Assembly: GCA_964007735.1 (NCBI GenBank)
Contig: CAXGAI010000020.1
Span: 1 to 64,000 of the forward strand
Origin: an uncultured Rhodopirellula sp.
GTDB taxonomy: Bacteria > Planctomycetota > Planctomycetia > Pirellulales > Pirellulaceae
Length of the DNA: 64,000 nt
Direction: 5' to 3'
Shown here: positions 1 to 10,024 of the stretch, piece by piece
Position numbering within the stretch: position 1 is the first letter of the stretch
Layout: every line of letters starts with the position of its first letter
Program-made: the position numbers and the translations under genes
Notes under the pieces: generated by a model
Seen by the model: the letters and a program-made list of their open reading frames with translations, nothing else
Databases searched by the model: none
What the model was told of the DNA's origin: nothing

Positions 1-2
1 CG

Positions 3-782
3 ACGGATCGGACGCTACTGGAGGGAGATTCATCCGTGGGGGCACGATTGCTTGAGGCGATGAATATTGGTGTGATGGTCTATCTTGGATGGCACTATAA
101 CATGCAGGCCTGGGGAATCATTTGCACTTATTTGTTTCTAGGTAATTTACGCCTGTCAACCAGAGAAAAATGGATGATTAAGAGCGGCCTGGTTGTGCTT
201 GTGGGGATGCATGCCCTTCTTTGGATTGCCGCCTCTCCGATGATGCTTACTTACAAGGCAATAGAAGTTGCCTGTGTGTCGATTACCCCATTCGTGCCAT
301 TTATAGTCTTTCCTTTTTTTATCGCCGGGGGACTGGGGTTCTATCGGTTGTCCATAAGGACAGGTATTCGCATTCCTCTAAATGCGCTGGTTCCCTGGCT
401 TGCTGTGTACGTTTGGTACTACGGGGTATTGAATTACCACGACATCGTTGGAATTTCTATCGTCGTTCAATTGGCTCACGCGTTGCAATATCTTGTCGTT
501 ACGACCCGAGTGGAAGCGAATGTCGGTGAGAAGAAGCACGGGCGTAATGGTCTTGTATTTACGGTGGCGGTTTATATCGTTCTGCTTTCTTTAGGATATG
601 TGGTGTTTGAGTTGCCTGGGATTATCGGTATGCAGACTGAACTGACAACGGTTTACACATCCGGACTGACCATGCTGGTCATCTCGATTAATCTCCATCA
701 CTTTTTTGTCGATGGGGTGATATGGAAAATCAGCAATCCAGACGTAAGAAAAGATTTGTTTTCTCATCTGGAGGCTAGATAG
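3..782 (+). CDS. Polytopic membrane protein, 5'-truncated, unknown function
   Basis: Frame is open from the window start (ORF track starts at GTG 36). Several hydrophobic helices and a C-terminal HHFFVDGVIWK motif. Confidence 0.75.
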   Translation, partial: TDRTLLEGDSSVGARLLEAMNIGVMVYLGWHYNMQAWGIICTYLFLGNLRLSTREKWMIKSGLVVLVGMHALLWIAASPMMLTYKAIEVACVSITPFVPFIVFPFFIAGGLGFYRLSIRTGIRIPLNALVPWLAVYVWYYGVLNYHDIVGISIVVQLAHALQYLVVTTRVEANVGEKKHGRNGLVFTVAVYIVLLSLGYVVFELPGIIGMQTELTTVYTSGLTMLVISINLHHFFVDGVIWKISNPDVRKDLFSHLEAR

Positions 783-1436
783 ATGCGCGAGGAACTGCAA
801 GCTCGGGAACGATTGATTGTCACGCTTCAATCTGAATTGGCGTTAATGGAAGAACGGGTCACGACCATTGAGCATGAACTTCACGACGGTCCGTTGCAGC
901 GATTCATCGCAGCGAAAATGGAGTTGCAGGCGCTAATGGGAACTCCAGAAATCCGAGAGGAAGTTCTTGAAAAGCTGGAAGATCTCGATCGCTCGTTAGA
1001 AATAGCCATTGGACAGGTGAGGAGCATCCTGACAGATCCGTTCCCACTCGAATTAGATCAAGGGGCCGGTCTCGGCGCACTTTGTCTGGAGTTCAGTGAC
1101 CCCCTTTTCCGGGTAGAGTTGACTGGTGAACCGTCGCTCGATGATGTGGCGGAAGATGCCGCTGATTCAATTGTTCGTATTGTTCGGGAATTGATCTGGA
1201 ATGCTCGTAAGCATAGCGGGGCAACTGAAGTGTCGGTTATTGTCCAACGCGATACGACAAAATTAATCGTAGAGGTTAAGGATCATGGTAAGGGATTTCT
1301 TCCCGATCAAGTTTCGGAAGGTTCTTTTGGTCTTTGTGCGGCCATTCAACGTGCCCGCACTTTTGATATTGATATGCACATAGATTCCGCTCCGGGTCAG
1401 GGGACTCGGGTAATGCTGAGAAAAAGTTTGAAATGA
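783..1436 (+). CDS. Soluble sensor histidine kinase (HisKA_3/NarX-UhpB type) with no input domain
   Basis: H-box HELHDGPLQ, N-box ELIWNARKHS, G1 DHGKGF, G2 FGL, SAPGQGT. GGAGG SD upstream. Confidence 0.88.
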   Translation: MREELQARERLIVTLQSELALMEERVTTIEHELHDGPLQRFIAAKMELQALMGTPEIREEVLEKLEDLDRSLEIAIGQVRSILTDPFPLELDQGAGLGALCLEFSDPLFRVELTGEPSLDDVAEDAADSIVRIVRELIWNARKHSGATEVSVIVQRDTTKLIVEVKDHGKGFLPDQVSEGSFGLCAAIQRARTFDIDMHIDSAPGQGTRVMLRKSLK

Positions 1437-1500
1437 ATTGGCGTTATGGGTTCTGCCTGGAGTGTTGCGAGATGTTGTTTTGAAATGAAAGGAGTGGTCC

Positions 1501-1860
1501 ATGCCAAAGTTAGATATTGAGGGATGCGGTGAATACGAAGTAGAAGATGGTACTCGGCTAGTGCTGGCACTAACAGACGTGGCAGGTGTAGATCAACTAC
1601 ACGCTTGCGGAGGCCAGGGTCGATGTACAACCTGCCGGGTCGAGTTTTTAGCAGGCGAGCCAGGAAAGATGACAGCCGCCGAACAGGCCACATTGACTAG
1701 TCGTGACTTGAGTGGCGTGCGGCTTAGTTGTCAGGTTCTGTGTCAAAACGACATGAAAGTGAGAGTGGTGAGTCGCCTGGAGGGCAGTGGTCGTGTAGAT
1801 GCAGGAGGGCGTCCGGACGAAGAGTTGCAGCCGCAGCCAGCCAATTGGGTTGAAGTATGA
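1501..1860 (+). CDS. 2Fe-2S ferredoxin
   Basis: CGGQGRCTTC...RLSCQ cysteine pattern; AAGGAG SD. Confidence 0.9.
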   Translation: MPKLDIEGCGEYEVEDGTRLVLALTDVAGVDQLHACGGQGRCTTCRVEFLAGEPGKMTAAEQATLTSRDLSGVRLSCQVLCQNDMKVRVVSRLEGSGRVDAGGRPDEELQPQPANWVEV

Positions 1861-1871
1861 GTTTCTGGGAG

Positions 1872-3146
1872 TTATTCCGAGGGGCGCTCCCCGAGCGTTA
1901 GTTTGATAAGTATTTCCTGAGATTCGTTGCCCACTAAACGTCGAAGCGTTATACGTGCTTCCTCACCACCGGGCGTTCTGCCAATGGCCTGGATGAACTG
2001 GGTGGTTGATGTGACGGCCAGGCCATTAAATTCAATGATCACGTCATTGATTTCAATGCCGGCCGCATAACCCGGGGAATAGCTTGGTGCGAAGTCAGTG
2101 ACCTGAGCTCCACGACTCGCTTGCCCCTCGGTCAGTTCCAGTTGATGCAACGCGAGTGTTTCTGTTGTTGGGTTAGCAAGCGAAAGACCAAGCCAACCCC
2201 GCGAAACTCGCCCGTTCTTTTCAATCTGGTCTGAAATGGATTTTGCTACGTAGCCCGGTACAGCAAAGCTGATTCCTTGATAGGCATCGCCCACAATGGC
2301 GGTGTTCACTCCAATCAACTGACCATCTTCATTTACAAGTGGCCCTCCGCTGTTGCCCGGGTTCACTGCAGCGTCTGTTTGTAGGAAGTCCTGATAGAGC
2401 GTTCCCACCTTGGCTGTTCGATGTGTGGCACTGATGATGCCGAGAGTGATGGACTGCTCTAGTCCAAAGGGACTCCCCATCGCCCATACCATTGATCCCA
2501 CCTGGACGGCTTCTCGAGGCGCCCATTCGATAGGAATGAGATTCTCTTTGTTGATTTTAATGAGTGCCAAATCGGTTTCTATGTCGACGCCAATAATCTC
2601 TGCCGAATGTCGTGATTGGTCGGCGAGATGTACATAGACGAGACTGGAGTCTTCGATGACGTGACGATTGGTCAGGATGTAGCCGTCAGGTGACACAACA
2701 ATTCCGGAACCTTGTCCTCGAGACGGGAACAGATTAGAGTCGGGAAGCACCCTTCGGTTTGTCCGGGCTTCCATGTCAAAAGCAGCGGTATGGATATGTA
2801 CGACGCTGGGAGTGACCTTGTTGGAGACCAATTCGGAACGCTGTGAAACGGATGCGCTGGTCCCCGAAGAAAGATGGACACTTGCGGCATCATAACGGGC
2901 TTTAATTTTTCCATATTCAAGCGAATACTGAATTTGTTGGACTAGATAGGGAGTTCCAAACACGAAGAGCAGTAGCGTAATTGTGGTAATTACCAGTCTT
3001 GCGAAGCGATACTTAATAGCGGCGATCGCCATGTCGCCAGAAGTTGCGATGCGTGACTGGGCATTAGATCTGGGTTCCGGCTCATGATGAGTCGAAAGCG
3101 AAAGGCGCGTCGCGTCCTGTTCGTGGCTGCTTTCCTGATGATCCAT
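1872..3146 (-). CDS. htrA: HtrA/DegP-family membrane-anchored trypsin-like serine protease with PDZ domain
   Basis: TNRHVI, ETDLAL and QTDAAVNPGNSGGPL triad motifs, N-terminal TM helix, C-terminal PDZ (RGWLGL). Start chosen at ATG 3146 (ORF open to 3194). Confidence 0.9.
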   Translation of the reverse strand: MDHQESSHEQDATRLSLSTHHEPEPRSNAQSRIATSGDMAIAAIKYRFARLVITTITLLLFVFGTPYLVQQIQYSLEYGKIKARYDAASVHLSSGTSASVSQRSELVSNKVTPSVVHIHTAAFDMEARTNRRVLPDSNLFPSRGQGSGIVVSPDGYILTNRHVIEDSSLVYVHLADQSRHSAEIIGVDIETDLALIKINKENLIPIEWAPREAVQVGSMVWAMGSPFGLEQSITLGIISATHRTAKVGTLYQDFLQTDAAVNPGNSGGPLVNEDGQLIGVNTAIVGDAYQGISFAVPGYVAKSISDQIEKNGRVSRGWLGLSLANPTTETLALHQLELTEGQASRGAQVTDFAPSYSPGYAAGIEINDVIIEFNGLAVTSTTQFIQAIGRTPGGEEARITLRRLVGNESQEILIKLTLGERPSE

Positions 3147-3289
3147 AGCTTGGTAATAGCAATGCGAAATGAGAAACTCTGAATGTCTGGCCAAAGCCCT
3201 GTGTCTGCTATTATAGCTCTAGGTTGTTGTCGCGACGAAGATAAAAATGAATTGGCTATTAAAAGCCATGGAAAAGGGAATTTAGAATT

Positions 3290-4000
3290 TTGATACCAGG
3301 CCAGAGTGAATTCTTTGAATTTCCAGACCCTCGGTCGGCGAATCCGGAAGGAGTTGTGGCTATAGGTGGGGTGCTATCGCCGGTTTGGGTCTACTCGGCT
3401 TATCAGCAGGGGATCTTTCCGTGGCCAATTGACTTCGGTGACGAAATGGTAACCGCATGGTTCAGTCCTGACCCACGTGCAGTCTTTATCTGGGATCGGG
3501 TGCATGTGCCACGTCGTCTGGCCCGTAAGCTCCGCAGCGGCCGTTTTACAGTAACTAGCGATCAAGCGTTCGATGCAGTTATTAACGCCTGTGCCGGTCC
3601 CCGAGTGATTGAGAGTGTCGAAGAAGACGGGACCTGGATTACGACCGAGATGTTGGCGGTTTATCGTGAACTGCACCTATTGGGAAAGGCACATAGTGTG
3701 GAAGTTTGGGAGAATGACATTTTGGTGGGGGGGCTGTACGGGGTGGCATTCGGTAAGATCTTTGCCGGTGAATCGATGTTCAGGCGGGTCAGTGATGCAT
3801 CAAAGATCGGCCTGTGCACGCTTTTACAGCATCTGCAACAACAGGGATTTGCGTTAATGGATATCCAGCAGATGACTAGTCATTGTGAATCTTTGGGGGC
3901 CGTGACGGTTAATCGAGAGGACTATTTGGAGACGCTAAACAGCAGCCTTAATCAGCCCGCTGTGTTTGGGGTGATTGATAGTCAGTCGCTTTCGTGGTAA
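3290..4000 (+). CDS. aat: Leucyl/phenylalanyl-tRNA--protein transferase
   Basis: AYQQGIFPW, WFSPDPRA, AHSVEVW, GGLYG, FAGESMF, DASK motifs. Confidence 0.95.
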   Translation: MIPGQSEFFEFPDPRSANPEGVVAIGGVLSPVWVYSAYQQGIFPWPIDFGDEMVTAWFSPDPRAVFIWDRVHVPRRLARKLRSGRFTVTSDQAFDAVINACAGPRVIESVEEDGTWITTEMLAVYRELHLLGKAHSVEVWENDILVGGLYGVAFGKIFAGESMFRRVSDASKIGLCTLLQHLQQQGFALMDIQQMTSHCESLGAVTVNREDYLETLNSSLNQPAVFGVIDSQSLSW

Positions 4001-4073
4001 TCGTTTATTGATGATGAAACAGCCTCGGTAGGATCGAAGTCTTGCCGAACCAACTTACCTAAAGGAGTTCCAA

Positions 4074-4592
4074 TTGAATTCAACAGCTATTATTCAAACG
4101 TCCGTGGGAGAGATCACGGTTGAATTATTTACCGAAAAAATGCCTGTGACCGCGGGCAACTTTATTCGATTAGCAGAAGAAGGCTTTTATAATGGACTTC
4201 ACTTCCATCGCGTGATCAAAGACTTCATGATCCAATTCGGTTGCCCCCATAGTGCAGACCCGAATCATCCGGCCGCCGGTACTGGTAACAGCCCCCACGG
4301 GACTATTCAGGACGAACATCCGGAGGACGCGCAGATTTCAAACGAACCCGGAACGTTGTCGATGGCCAACACGGGGCAGCCCAATAGTGGTGGCTGTCAA
4401 TTTTTCATTAACACGGTCCACAATCATTATCTTGACTGGTTTTCGCCCGGACCAAGCAAGCATCCGGTCTTTGGCAAAGTGATAGACGGGATGGACGTGG
4501 TTACGACGATCGGTAATACGGCTACAGCGGCAGGAGATAGGCCCCTGGAACCGATTCAAGTTACAAGTATCGAAGTAGTGGCGGCCGAGTAG
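4074..4592 (+). CDS. Cyclophilin-type peptidyl-prolyl cis-trans isomerase
   Basis: [39 protein letters not shown] start after AAGGAG. Confidence 0.95.
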   Translation: MNSTAIIQTSVGEITVELFTEKMPVTAGNFIRLAEEGFYNGLHFHRVIKDFMIQFGCPHSADPNHPAAGTGNSPHGTIQDEHPEDAQISNEPGTLSMANTGQPNSGGCQFFINTVHNHYLDWFSPGPSKHPVFGKVIDGMDVVTTIGNTATAAGDRPLEPIQVTSIEVVAAE

Positions 4593-4682
4593 TCTTCGGC
4601 CGGCAATCCCCCTAAATGGGGTGGGTTGTGAGCTTGGTATTTCTCTTTTTAGAACAGATTGATGTTGTTCTTATCAGAGAAT

Positions 4683-4712
4683 TTAGCAAATAATTAATCA
4701 ACCTGTTATATT
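4683..4712 (+). promoter_or_regulatory. Putative sigma70 promoter for the DUF1549/1553 gene
   Basis: TTAGCA-N18-TATATT with extended -10 TG, in an AT-rich context. Confidence 0.4.
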
Positions 4713-4862
4713 AAAAGTAGCGATGAACCACTCGTAGGACGTGTGGGGATCCGTAGTTATAACGTAAGGCAATATTTCGATAACAAGGAATTTGTTTCCC
4801 CTCCTGCATCCTACGCAGCGGCGTTCCCTGTCCGCTCAGGTTGTTTTTGTAAGGATACTACG

Positions 4863-7346
4863 ATGAAAAAGTTTTTTGCTAGCCTGCTGCTTGTAGCAGT
4901 TTCTATCCATTCGGCCGTTGCGGCTGACGGTGAGTTGGTAGCGCCCGGTCTTGGTGATCCCGGTGATCTGGTAAAGATTAGTATTGATACTGGTCGTACC
5001 GTGGATGGTAAGGTCTTACTTTCGGGACGTGACGCTGGTCAACAATTAATCATCAACGGTGAGTATACTACCGGGCAAACCCGAGACCTTACGCGTGCTG
5101 CTGAATTTACCATTACTCCCGATGGTGTCATTGCACTTGATGAAACAGGCTATCTTTCACCTTTAGCCGAAGGTGATGCAACGATTCACGTAAAAACTGT
5201 GTCAGGTCAGGATGCTTCTGTTCAGGTAACTGTGACTAATATCGTTGTGGATCTGCCGGTGAACTTTCCAAATCAGGTAACCCCCGTCTTCACTAAGTTT
5301 GGATGTAACGGAGGTGGATGCCATGGTAAGAGTGGTGGACAGAACGGATTCCGGTTGTCGTTGTTGGGATTTGAACCACCGGAAGACTTTGAGTTTCTCG
5401 TGAAAGAAGCTAAGGGACGCCGCCTGTTCCCGGCGGCACCAGACCGTAGTTTGCTGTTGCAGAAAGCTGCTGGTACTCTACCTCATGGTGGTGGTGCACG
5501 TCTGGCTCCGGAATCGGCGTCGTATAAACTTCTTTATCGCTGGATCGAACAGGGCATGCCTTATGGGAATGCAGATGATCCCGTTGTTACTCATATTGAA
5601 GTTTATCCCAAAGAACGCCTGATGGGTCGAGAAGCAGATCAGCAGATTAATGTTGTTGCTTACTACTCAGATGGAAGTAGTGAAGACGTAACCCGTACAA
5701 CCTCATTCGATTCGAATGATACGGAAATGGCGGAAGTAACAGCTAACGGCTTGGTAACAACGAGTAAGTTGACAGGTAGTGTGGCAGTGATGGCTCGTTT
5801 TCAGGGGCATGTTGGTGTGTTCCGTGCAACCGTTCCTTTAGGAATTGAAGTTGAAAACTTGCCTAAGTCGAATAGCTACGTGGATGATTTGGTATTCGGT
5901 AAATTGCAGCGTCTTGGCTTGCCCGCTTCAGGAGTTAGCGACGATGCCTCCTTCCTGCGTCGTGTGACGATCGATATTGCCGGCCGTTTGCCCACACTGG
6001 AAGAATCCGATGCCTTCTTGCAGAGTGAGGATCCAGAAAAACGTAATCTTTGGATCGATAAATTGGTGGCGAGTACTGATTATGCTGACTACTTTGCTAA
6101 TAAGTGGAGTGCTATTCTGCGAAACAAACGACGTAATGATAACGACAAGTTGTCTACCTATAGTTTCTATCAGTGGATTCGTAACAGTCTTCACGAAAAC
6201 AAGCCATATGATCAATTCGTCGGTGAAATCGTGACTGCGACCGGTAGCCCGGCCAGTAATCCTGCGGTGACCTGGTTCCGAGAAGTAAAAGATCAGGCAG
6301 CTCAGGTCGAAGATACTGCTCAATTATTCCTTGGTTTGCGAATCCAATGTGCTCGCTGTCACCATCATCCGTTTGAAAAATGGAGTCAGCAGGACTATTA
6401 CGGTTTTGCAGCTTTCTTCAGTCGGATTGGTCGTAAGAAAGCGGATATGCCTGGCATGGACCGAGTCTTTCACAATCGTGGTAAGGCCTCGGCAAATAAC
6501 CCTAAAACTAGTCAGGCAGTTTTGCCGACGGGTTTAGGTGGTGAGCCGTTAGAAATTGCGGATGAAGAAGATCCTCGTCAATATCTGGCCGACTGGCTTG
6601 GACAACCTGATAATGAGTTCTTTGCGAAAGCCCTGGTTAATCGATATTGGAAGCACTTCTTCGGTCGCGGTTTGGTTGATCCGGAGGATGATATGAGGGT
6701 AACCAACCCAGCTTCGAATCCAGAGCTTCTGGAGACATTGGCGCAAGACTTCGTTGATAACGGATATAACTTGAAGCATCTTGTAAGGACGATAGCCGGT
6801 AGCACGACTTATCAATTAAGCAGTGAGCCTAATCAGTGGAATAAAGATGATAAGCAAAACTTCTCACGTTACTATCCAAAACGTTTGAATGCTGAAGTAC
6901 TGCTCGATTCAATTGATCAGGTGACTGGCACGTCAACCAGTTTTGCAGGGGTTCCAGTCGGTACGCGTGCTACTCAACTTCCTGATAATGGATTCAACTC
7001 CTACTTCCTGACCGTTTTTGGTCGTCCTGAGTCAAGCTCAGCATGTGAATGTGAACGTAGCTCGGAAGCTAACCTGGCTCAGAGCCTGCATCTACTGAAC
7101 TCGGGTGAAATTCAGGGCAAACTTACCAGTGGAGCCGGTCGTGCGGCAAAACTATCTGCTGACAGTGGTCGTGATGATCAAGTGAAAATTCGAGAGCTAT
7201 ACTTGCTTGCCTTTTCTCGAGTCCCCACCGCTGAGGAGATTCAAATCGCACAGGCTCATATTCAGAAATCAGAAAACGGTAAGATCGCCTACGAGGATAT
7301 TGTTTGGGCTTTGATCAATACCAAAGAATTCCTGTTTAACCACTAG
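4863..7346 (+). CDS. Secreted planctomycete DUF1549/DUF1553 protein with Ig-like (Big_2) domains and heme-c-type motifs
   Basis: Signal peptide MKKFFASLLLVAV; CNGGGCHG and CARCHHHPFEKW; FLRRVTIDIAGRLPT; VNRYWKHFFGRGLVDP; C-terminal WALINTKEFLFNH. Start chosen at ATG 4863 after AAGGA (ORF track 4743). Confidence 0.92.
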   Translation: MKKFFASLLLVAVSIHSAVAADGELVAPGLGDPGDLVKISIDTGRTVDGKVLLSGRDAGQQLIINGEYTTGQTRDLTRAAEFTITPDGVIALDETGYLSPLAEGDATIHVKTVSGQDASVQVTVTNIVVDLPVNFPNQVTPVFTKFGCNGGGCHGKSGGQNGFRLSLLGFEPPEDFEFLVKEAKGRRLFPAAPDRSLLLQKAAGTLPHGGGARLAPESASYKLLYRWIEQGMPYGNADDPVVTHIEVYPKERLMGREADQQINVVAYYSDGSSEDVTRTTSFDSNDTEMAEVTANGLVTTSKLTGSVAVMARFQGHVGVFRATVPLGIEVENLPKSNSYVDDLVFGKLQRLGLPASGVSDDASFLRRVTIDIAGRLPTLEESDAFLQSEDPEKRNLWIDKLVASTDYADYFANKWSAILRNKRRNDNDKLSTYSFYQWIRNSLHENKPYDQFVGEIVTATGSPASNPAVTWFREVKDQAAQVEDTAQLFLGLRIQCARCHHHPFEKWSQQDYYGFAAFFSRIGRKKADMPGMDRVFHNRGKASANNPKTSQAVLPTGLGGEPLEIADEEDPRQYLADWLGQPDNEFFAKALVNRYWKHFFGRGLVDPEDDMRVTNPASNPELLETLAQDFVDNGYNLKHLVRTIAGSTTYQLSSEPNQWNKDDKQNFSRYYPKRLNAEVLLDSIDQVTGTSTSFAGVPVGTRATQLPDNGFNSYFLTVFGRPESSSACECERSSEANLAQSLHLLNSGEIQGKLTSGAGRAAKLSADSGRDDQVKIRELYLLAFSRVPTAEEIQIAQAHIQKSENGKIAYEDIVWALINTKEFLFNH

Positions 7347-7399
7347 TTAAACAGCTTCACAACATTTTCCATCGTTAATCGGCGTTTGAACCTTTAATA

Positions 7400-7438
7400 A
7401 AAGCGTTTCCCTTGTTTTGCAGGGTGAAACGCTTTTTT
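7400..7438 (+). terminator. Intrinsic terminator after the DUF1549/1553 gene
   Basis: AAAAGCGTTTCCC...GGGTGAAACGCTTTTTT inverted repeat with T-tract. Confidence 0.75.
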
Positions 7439-7647
7439 GGTGGTTCAACAAACGTTTGCAAAGACAATCAAAAGTGAGCGGGATTACCCGCGTCGGGATT
7501 TCAAATGATTTGTAAATTTTAGAGTGTGATTTAGCAACGGACGGATATTGTTTACACTGTTCGGAGTGATTGGATAACGGCGGGTTGTGAAACTGAGACT
7601 TTAGCCTACGCCCTTCTGAAACTCTAACAAGATAGATGCGCTGACTT

Positions 7648-8538
7648 ATGACGCTTCCCAATGATGACCCGATTGTGGCTGTCCCTATGGTCACGCCCTT
7701 CGACAAGACCGATCAAATAGATTTCGATGCCGCTCAACGAAATACTGAGCGTTGGTGTAAGACAGCCAATCAGGTATTCATTATCGGCTCTCAATCGGGT
7801 GAAGAGTTTATGATGAGCGAACCGGAACGTGTTGATTTGCTGCGTTGTGTCACTGATGCATTGGAAGGGGGGCGAATTACAGCTGGTGGAATCGATGCGC
7901 CATCGGTGGTGGAAGCATTGCGTCAGGCAGAACGTTATGCCGATGCCGGTGCTGAAATGGTACGCTTGCGATTTCCAAGAATTGAATCAGAGGTGGTGCC
8001 GTTTTTCCAGCAAGTGATCCCCCGCTGTCCGGTTCCAGTTTTGCTGATGCATCAAAGTAATCCGGCGAGTTTTGGTGTAGCCGCTAAACCGGCGGGGCCG
8101 CCGGAATTGCTCGGCGAAATTGCATCGATGGATGGTGTCTTCGGATATGTGACTGATCACGATATGCGATTTGAAGCTCGTGTGCGTCGATTTGTACCCC
8201 GGGACAAACGCTTTTGGATTTGTAATGGCAGTATGATCCTTTCGGGGACACTGATTGGTTGCAACGGTACGACCACCGCCTTTTCGAATATTTGGCCAGA
8301 CGCTTTAAAACAATTACTTGAACAGGGGATCTCCGGCAAATATGCAGAGGCGGAATCGATACAGGAACACATTAGACGCATCGATGAGATCATGCTCCCC
8401 TACCTGGCAACGGGAATTAAGACGTGCCTGGACTTGATGGGGTTCGAGGGGATGCGGCCTCGTCAGCCTAGTCAGCCAATGCCGTATGATGACATTCGAC
8501 GGCTACGAGTTGAACTGGAATCTGCCCGTTTAATTTAA
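7648..8538 (+). CDS. Dihydrodipicolinate synthase (DapA/NAL) family TIM-barrel protein, catalytic residues not conserved
   Basis: PMVTPF, GSQSGE..MSEPER, AGA, PVPVLL, SNIWP and GIK...MG...PRQP follow the DapA pattern. The Schiff-base Lys position reads GYVTD. Confidence 0.85.
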   Translation: MTLPNDDPIVAVPMVTPFDKTDQIDFDAAQRNTERWCKTANQVFIIGSQSGEEFMMSEPERVDLLRCVTDALEGGRITAGGIDAPSVVEALRQAERYADAGAEMVRLRFPRIESEVVPFFQQVIPRCPVPVLLMHQSNPASFGVAAKPAGPPELLGEIASMDGVFGYVTDHDMRFEARVRRFVPRDKRFWICNGSMILSGTLIGCNGTTTAFSNIWPDALKQLLEQGISGKYAEAESIQEHIRRIDEIMLPYLATGIKTCLDLMGFEGMRPRQPSQPMPYDDIRRLRVELESARLI

Positions 8539-8585
8539 TCCTTGGGTAACCGCGTCGTTCTGAGTTAGAGCCTGAGGTAGGTGAA

Positions 8586-9251
8586 TCAAGTAGGGTCGGC
8601 TTGGTTTGCGTCGGTGGAGAGATCATCACTCTCGGCCAGCCTGGGGCGCGAATAGAGGAAGACGCAAATTGATACCACCGTGGTAATAGCCAACGCCCCG
8701 ATACTGAAGATTCCAGCGATGACGACGTTCGTGAATAAGGTCAGGTAAAACCAAGTGAGGTAGAGTCTGACACGGCCCTCTCTAGCCAATTCTACAGGAA
8801 GACTCTGGAATCGTTTGGTCTGACGCAGGTTGTAGATTACCGAAGCACTAACTAACGATGTTAAGAGACAGGCCCAGGCCTCGGTTTCCTCGAAACGGCG
8901 GTCGGCAAAGACTAAGAAGATAATGTAAAGCGTACCGGCACCAAAAAGAGTGAATAATATTTGAAAGCCAATACCTCTTAGAGGTGTGCGTTTTAACTGA
9001 TGCGGCTGATCTTCCTGTTGATAAACAGATTGCGGAGTGTTGTGGGCTTCGTTCTGTTCGACGAATTCCTGCTCTGCAAGGGTGCGGTTGAGAGCCGAGC
9101 CTATAACGGACCCGACAAGCGTACTGATCAGTCCTCCAAAGACGATTGCCACTAATATTGCTAAGAAGAATACGAGCATCAATAGACTGGCAATCCCATT
9201 AAAGAGATCTTCCAGTCCCTGCAGAAAATTACCCAGAATCAACATATACAT
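8586..9251 (-). CDS. Hypothetical membrane protein
   Basis: Long ORF with about 5 hydrophobic segments. Start moved to ATG 9251 (or 9245) to avoid overlap with the upstream gene. Confidence 0.65.
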   Translation of the reverse strand: MYMLILGNFLQGLEDLFNGIASLLMLVFFLAILVAIVFGGLISTLVGSVIGSALNRTLAEQEFVEQNEAHNTPQSVYQQEDQPHQLKRTPLRGIGFQILFTLFGAGTLYIIFLVFADRRFEETEAWACLLTSLVSASVIYNLRQTKRFQSLPVELAREGRVRLYLTWFYLTLFTNVVIAGIFSIGALAITTVVSICVFLYSRPRLAESDDLSTDANQADPT

Positions 9252-9309
9252 TACTCTGAAATCAGATGACAGTAGGTCGCCTATAGAGTTATCGGTATTT
9301 ACCCGCGGT

Positions 9310-9897
9310 TTATTTCTTCTTAGAAAAGAATTTAGGTAGTAATGGTTGTTTCTTAGACAGGTCTGGAATCGCTTTGGCAAGTTTCTTCCTTGCTCCTTCG
9401 GTGTCGTTTACGTAAGCGAGGCATTTGGCCCAGATGCTTCGAATCCATTGGGCCTGAACTAATTTCCATGACCACCACAGAGTCGCGATGCTCAAGATGC
9501 TGACCCAAAAAAAGTTGGCACCCGAAAAGTCCCATGCACCCGCTTGATAGACGGTAAATCTCAAACAGACGAAAAGACAAACATGAGGTAGGAATACGAA
9601 GATGCCGAGGTTGGCGAAAGCCACTAGAAACCAAAATAGACAGACCATGAATCGAGCCCATTTAAATCGGCAGGTGCAGATATAAAACAGGCCTAGCGAG
9701 GCAAACATTAATCCCATTGCGAACATAGCAATCGGACTCCATAGAATGACGTGGATCGAAGCTTCGACGCCATTGCCCATAAGAAATGCAAGGAGTCCTA
9801 GGACGACGCTGGAAATGGTCCATCGGAAGCCGGCGTTAAAGCCGGCATGCATGATTTTAAACCATGGCACGGTCAAATTTGTAGAATGCTTATCCAT
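9310..9897 (-). CDS. Hypothetical membrane protein
   Basis: 195 aa, 4-5 TM segments, basic C-tail, AAGGA SD. Confidence 0.7.
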   Translation of the reverse strand: MDKHSTNLTVPWFKIMHAGFNAGFRWTISSVVLGLLAFLMGNGVEASIHVILWSPIAMFAMGLMFASLGLFYICTCRFKWARFMVCLFWFLVAFANLGIFVFLPHVCLFVCLRFTVYQAGAWDFSGANFFWVSILSIATLWWSWKLVQAQWIRSIWAKCLAYVNDTEGARKKLAKAIPDLSKKQPLLPKFFSKKK

Positions 9898-10024
9898 TTG
9901 AGTCTTAATCCTTTAGAATTGAATTTAGGTTAATTAGCTCGTTGATGCACATGCAAATGTGATAGCGAGCTCAAAGAAACCGGGATTGAGCTTCAGGTAA
10001 ATTTCCTAAAACACAGTTGCCAGC

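Noticed and set aside
4743..4862. N-terminal extension of the DUF1549 ORF (similar extensions for htrA, cinA, copA, cobB, dnaG, the LRR gene and the decarboxylase)
   Set aside because: Downstream starts give proper signal peptides, SD sites or family N-termini and avoid overlaps.
7347..7706. 119-aa minus-strand ORF across the intergenic region
   Set aside because: It spans a terminator and overlaps the DapA-like start, with no protein-like motifs.
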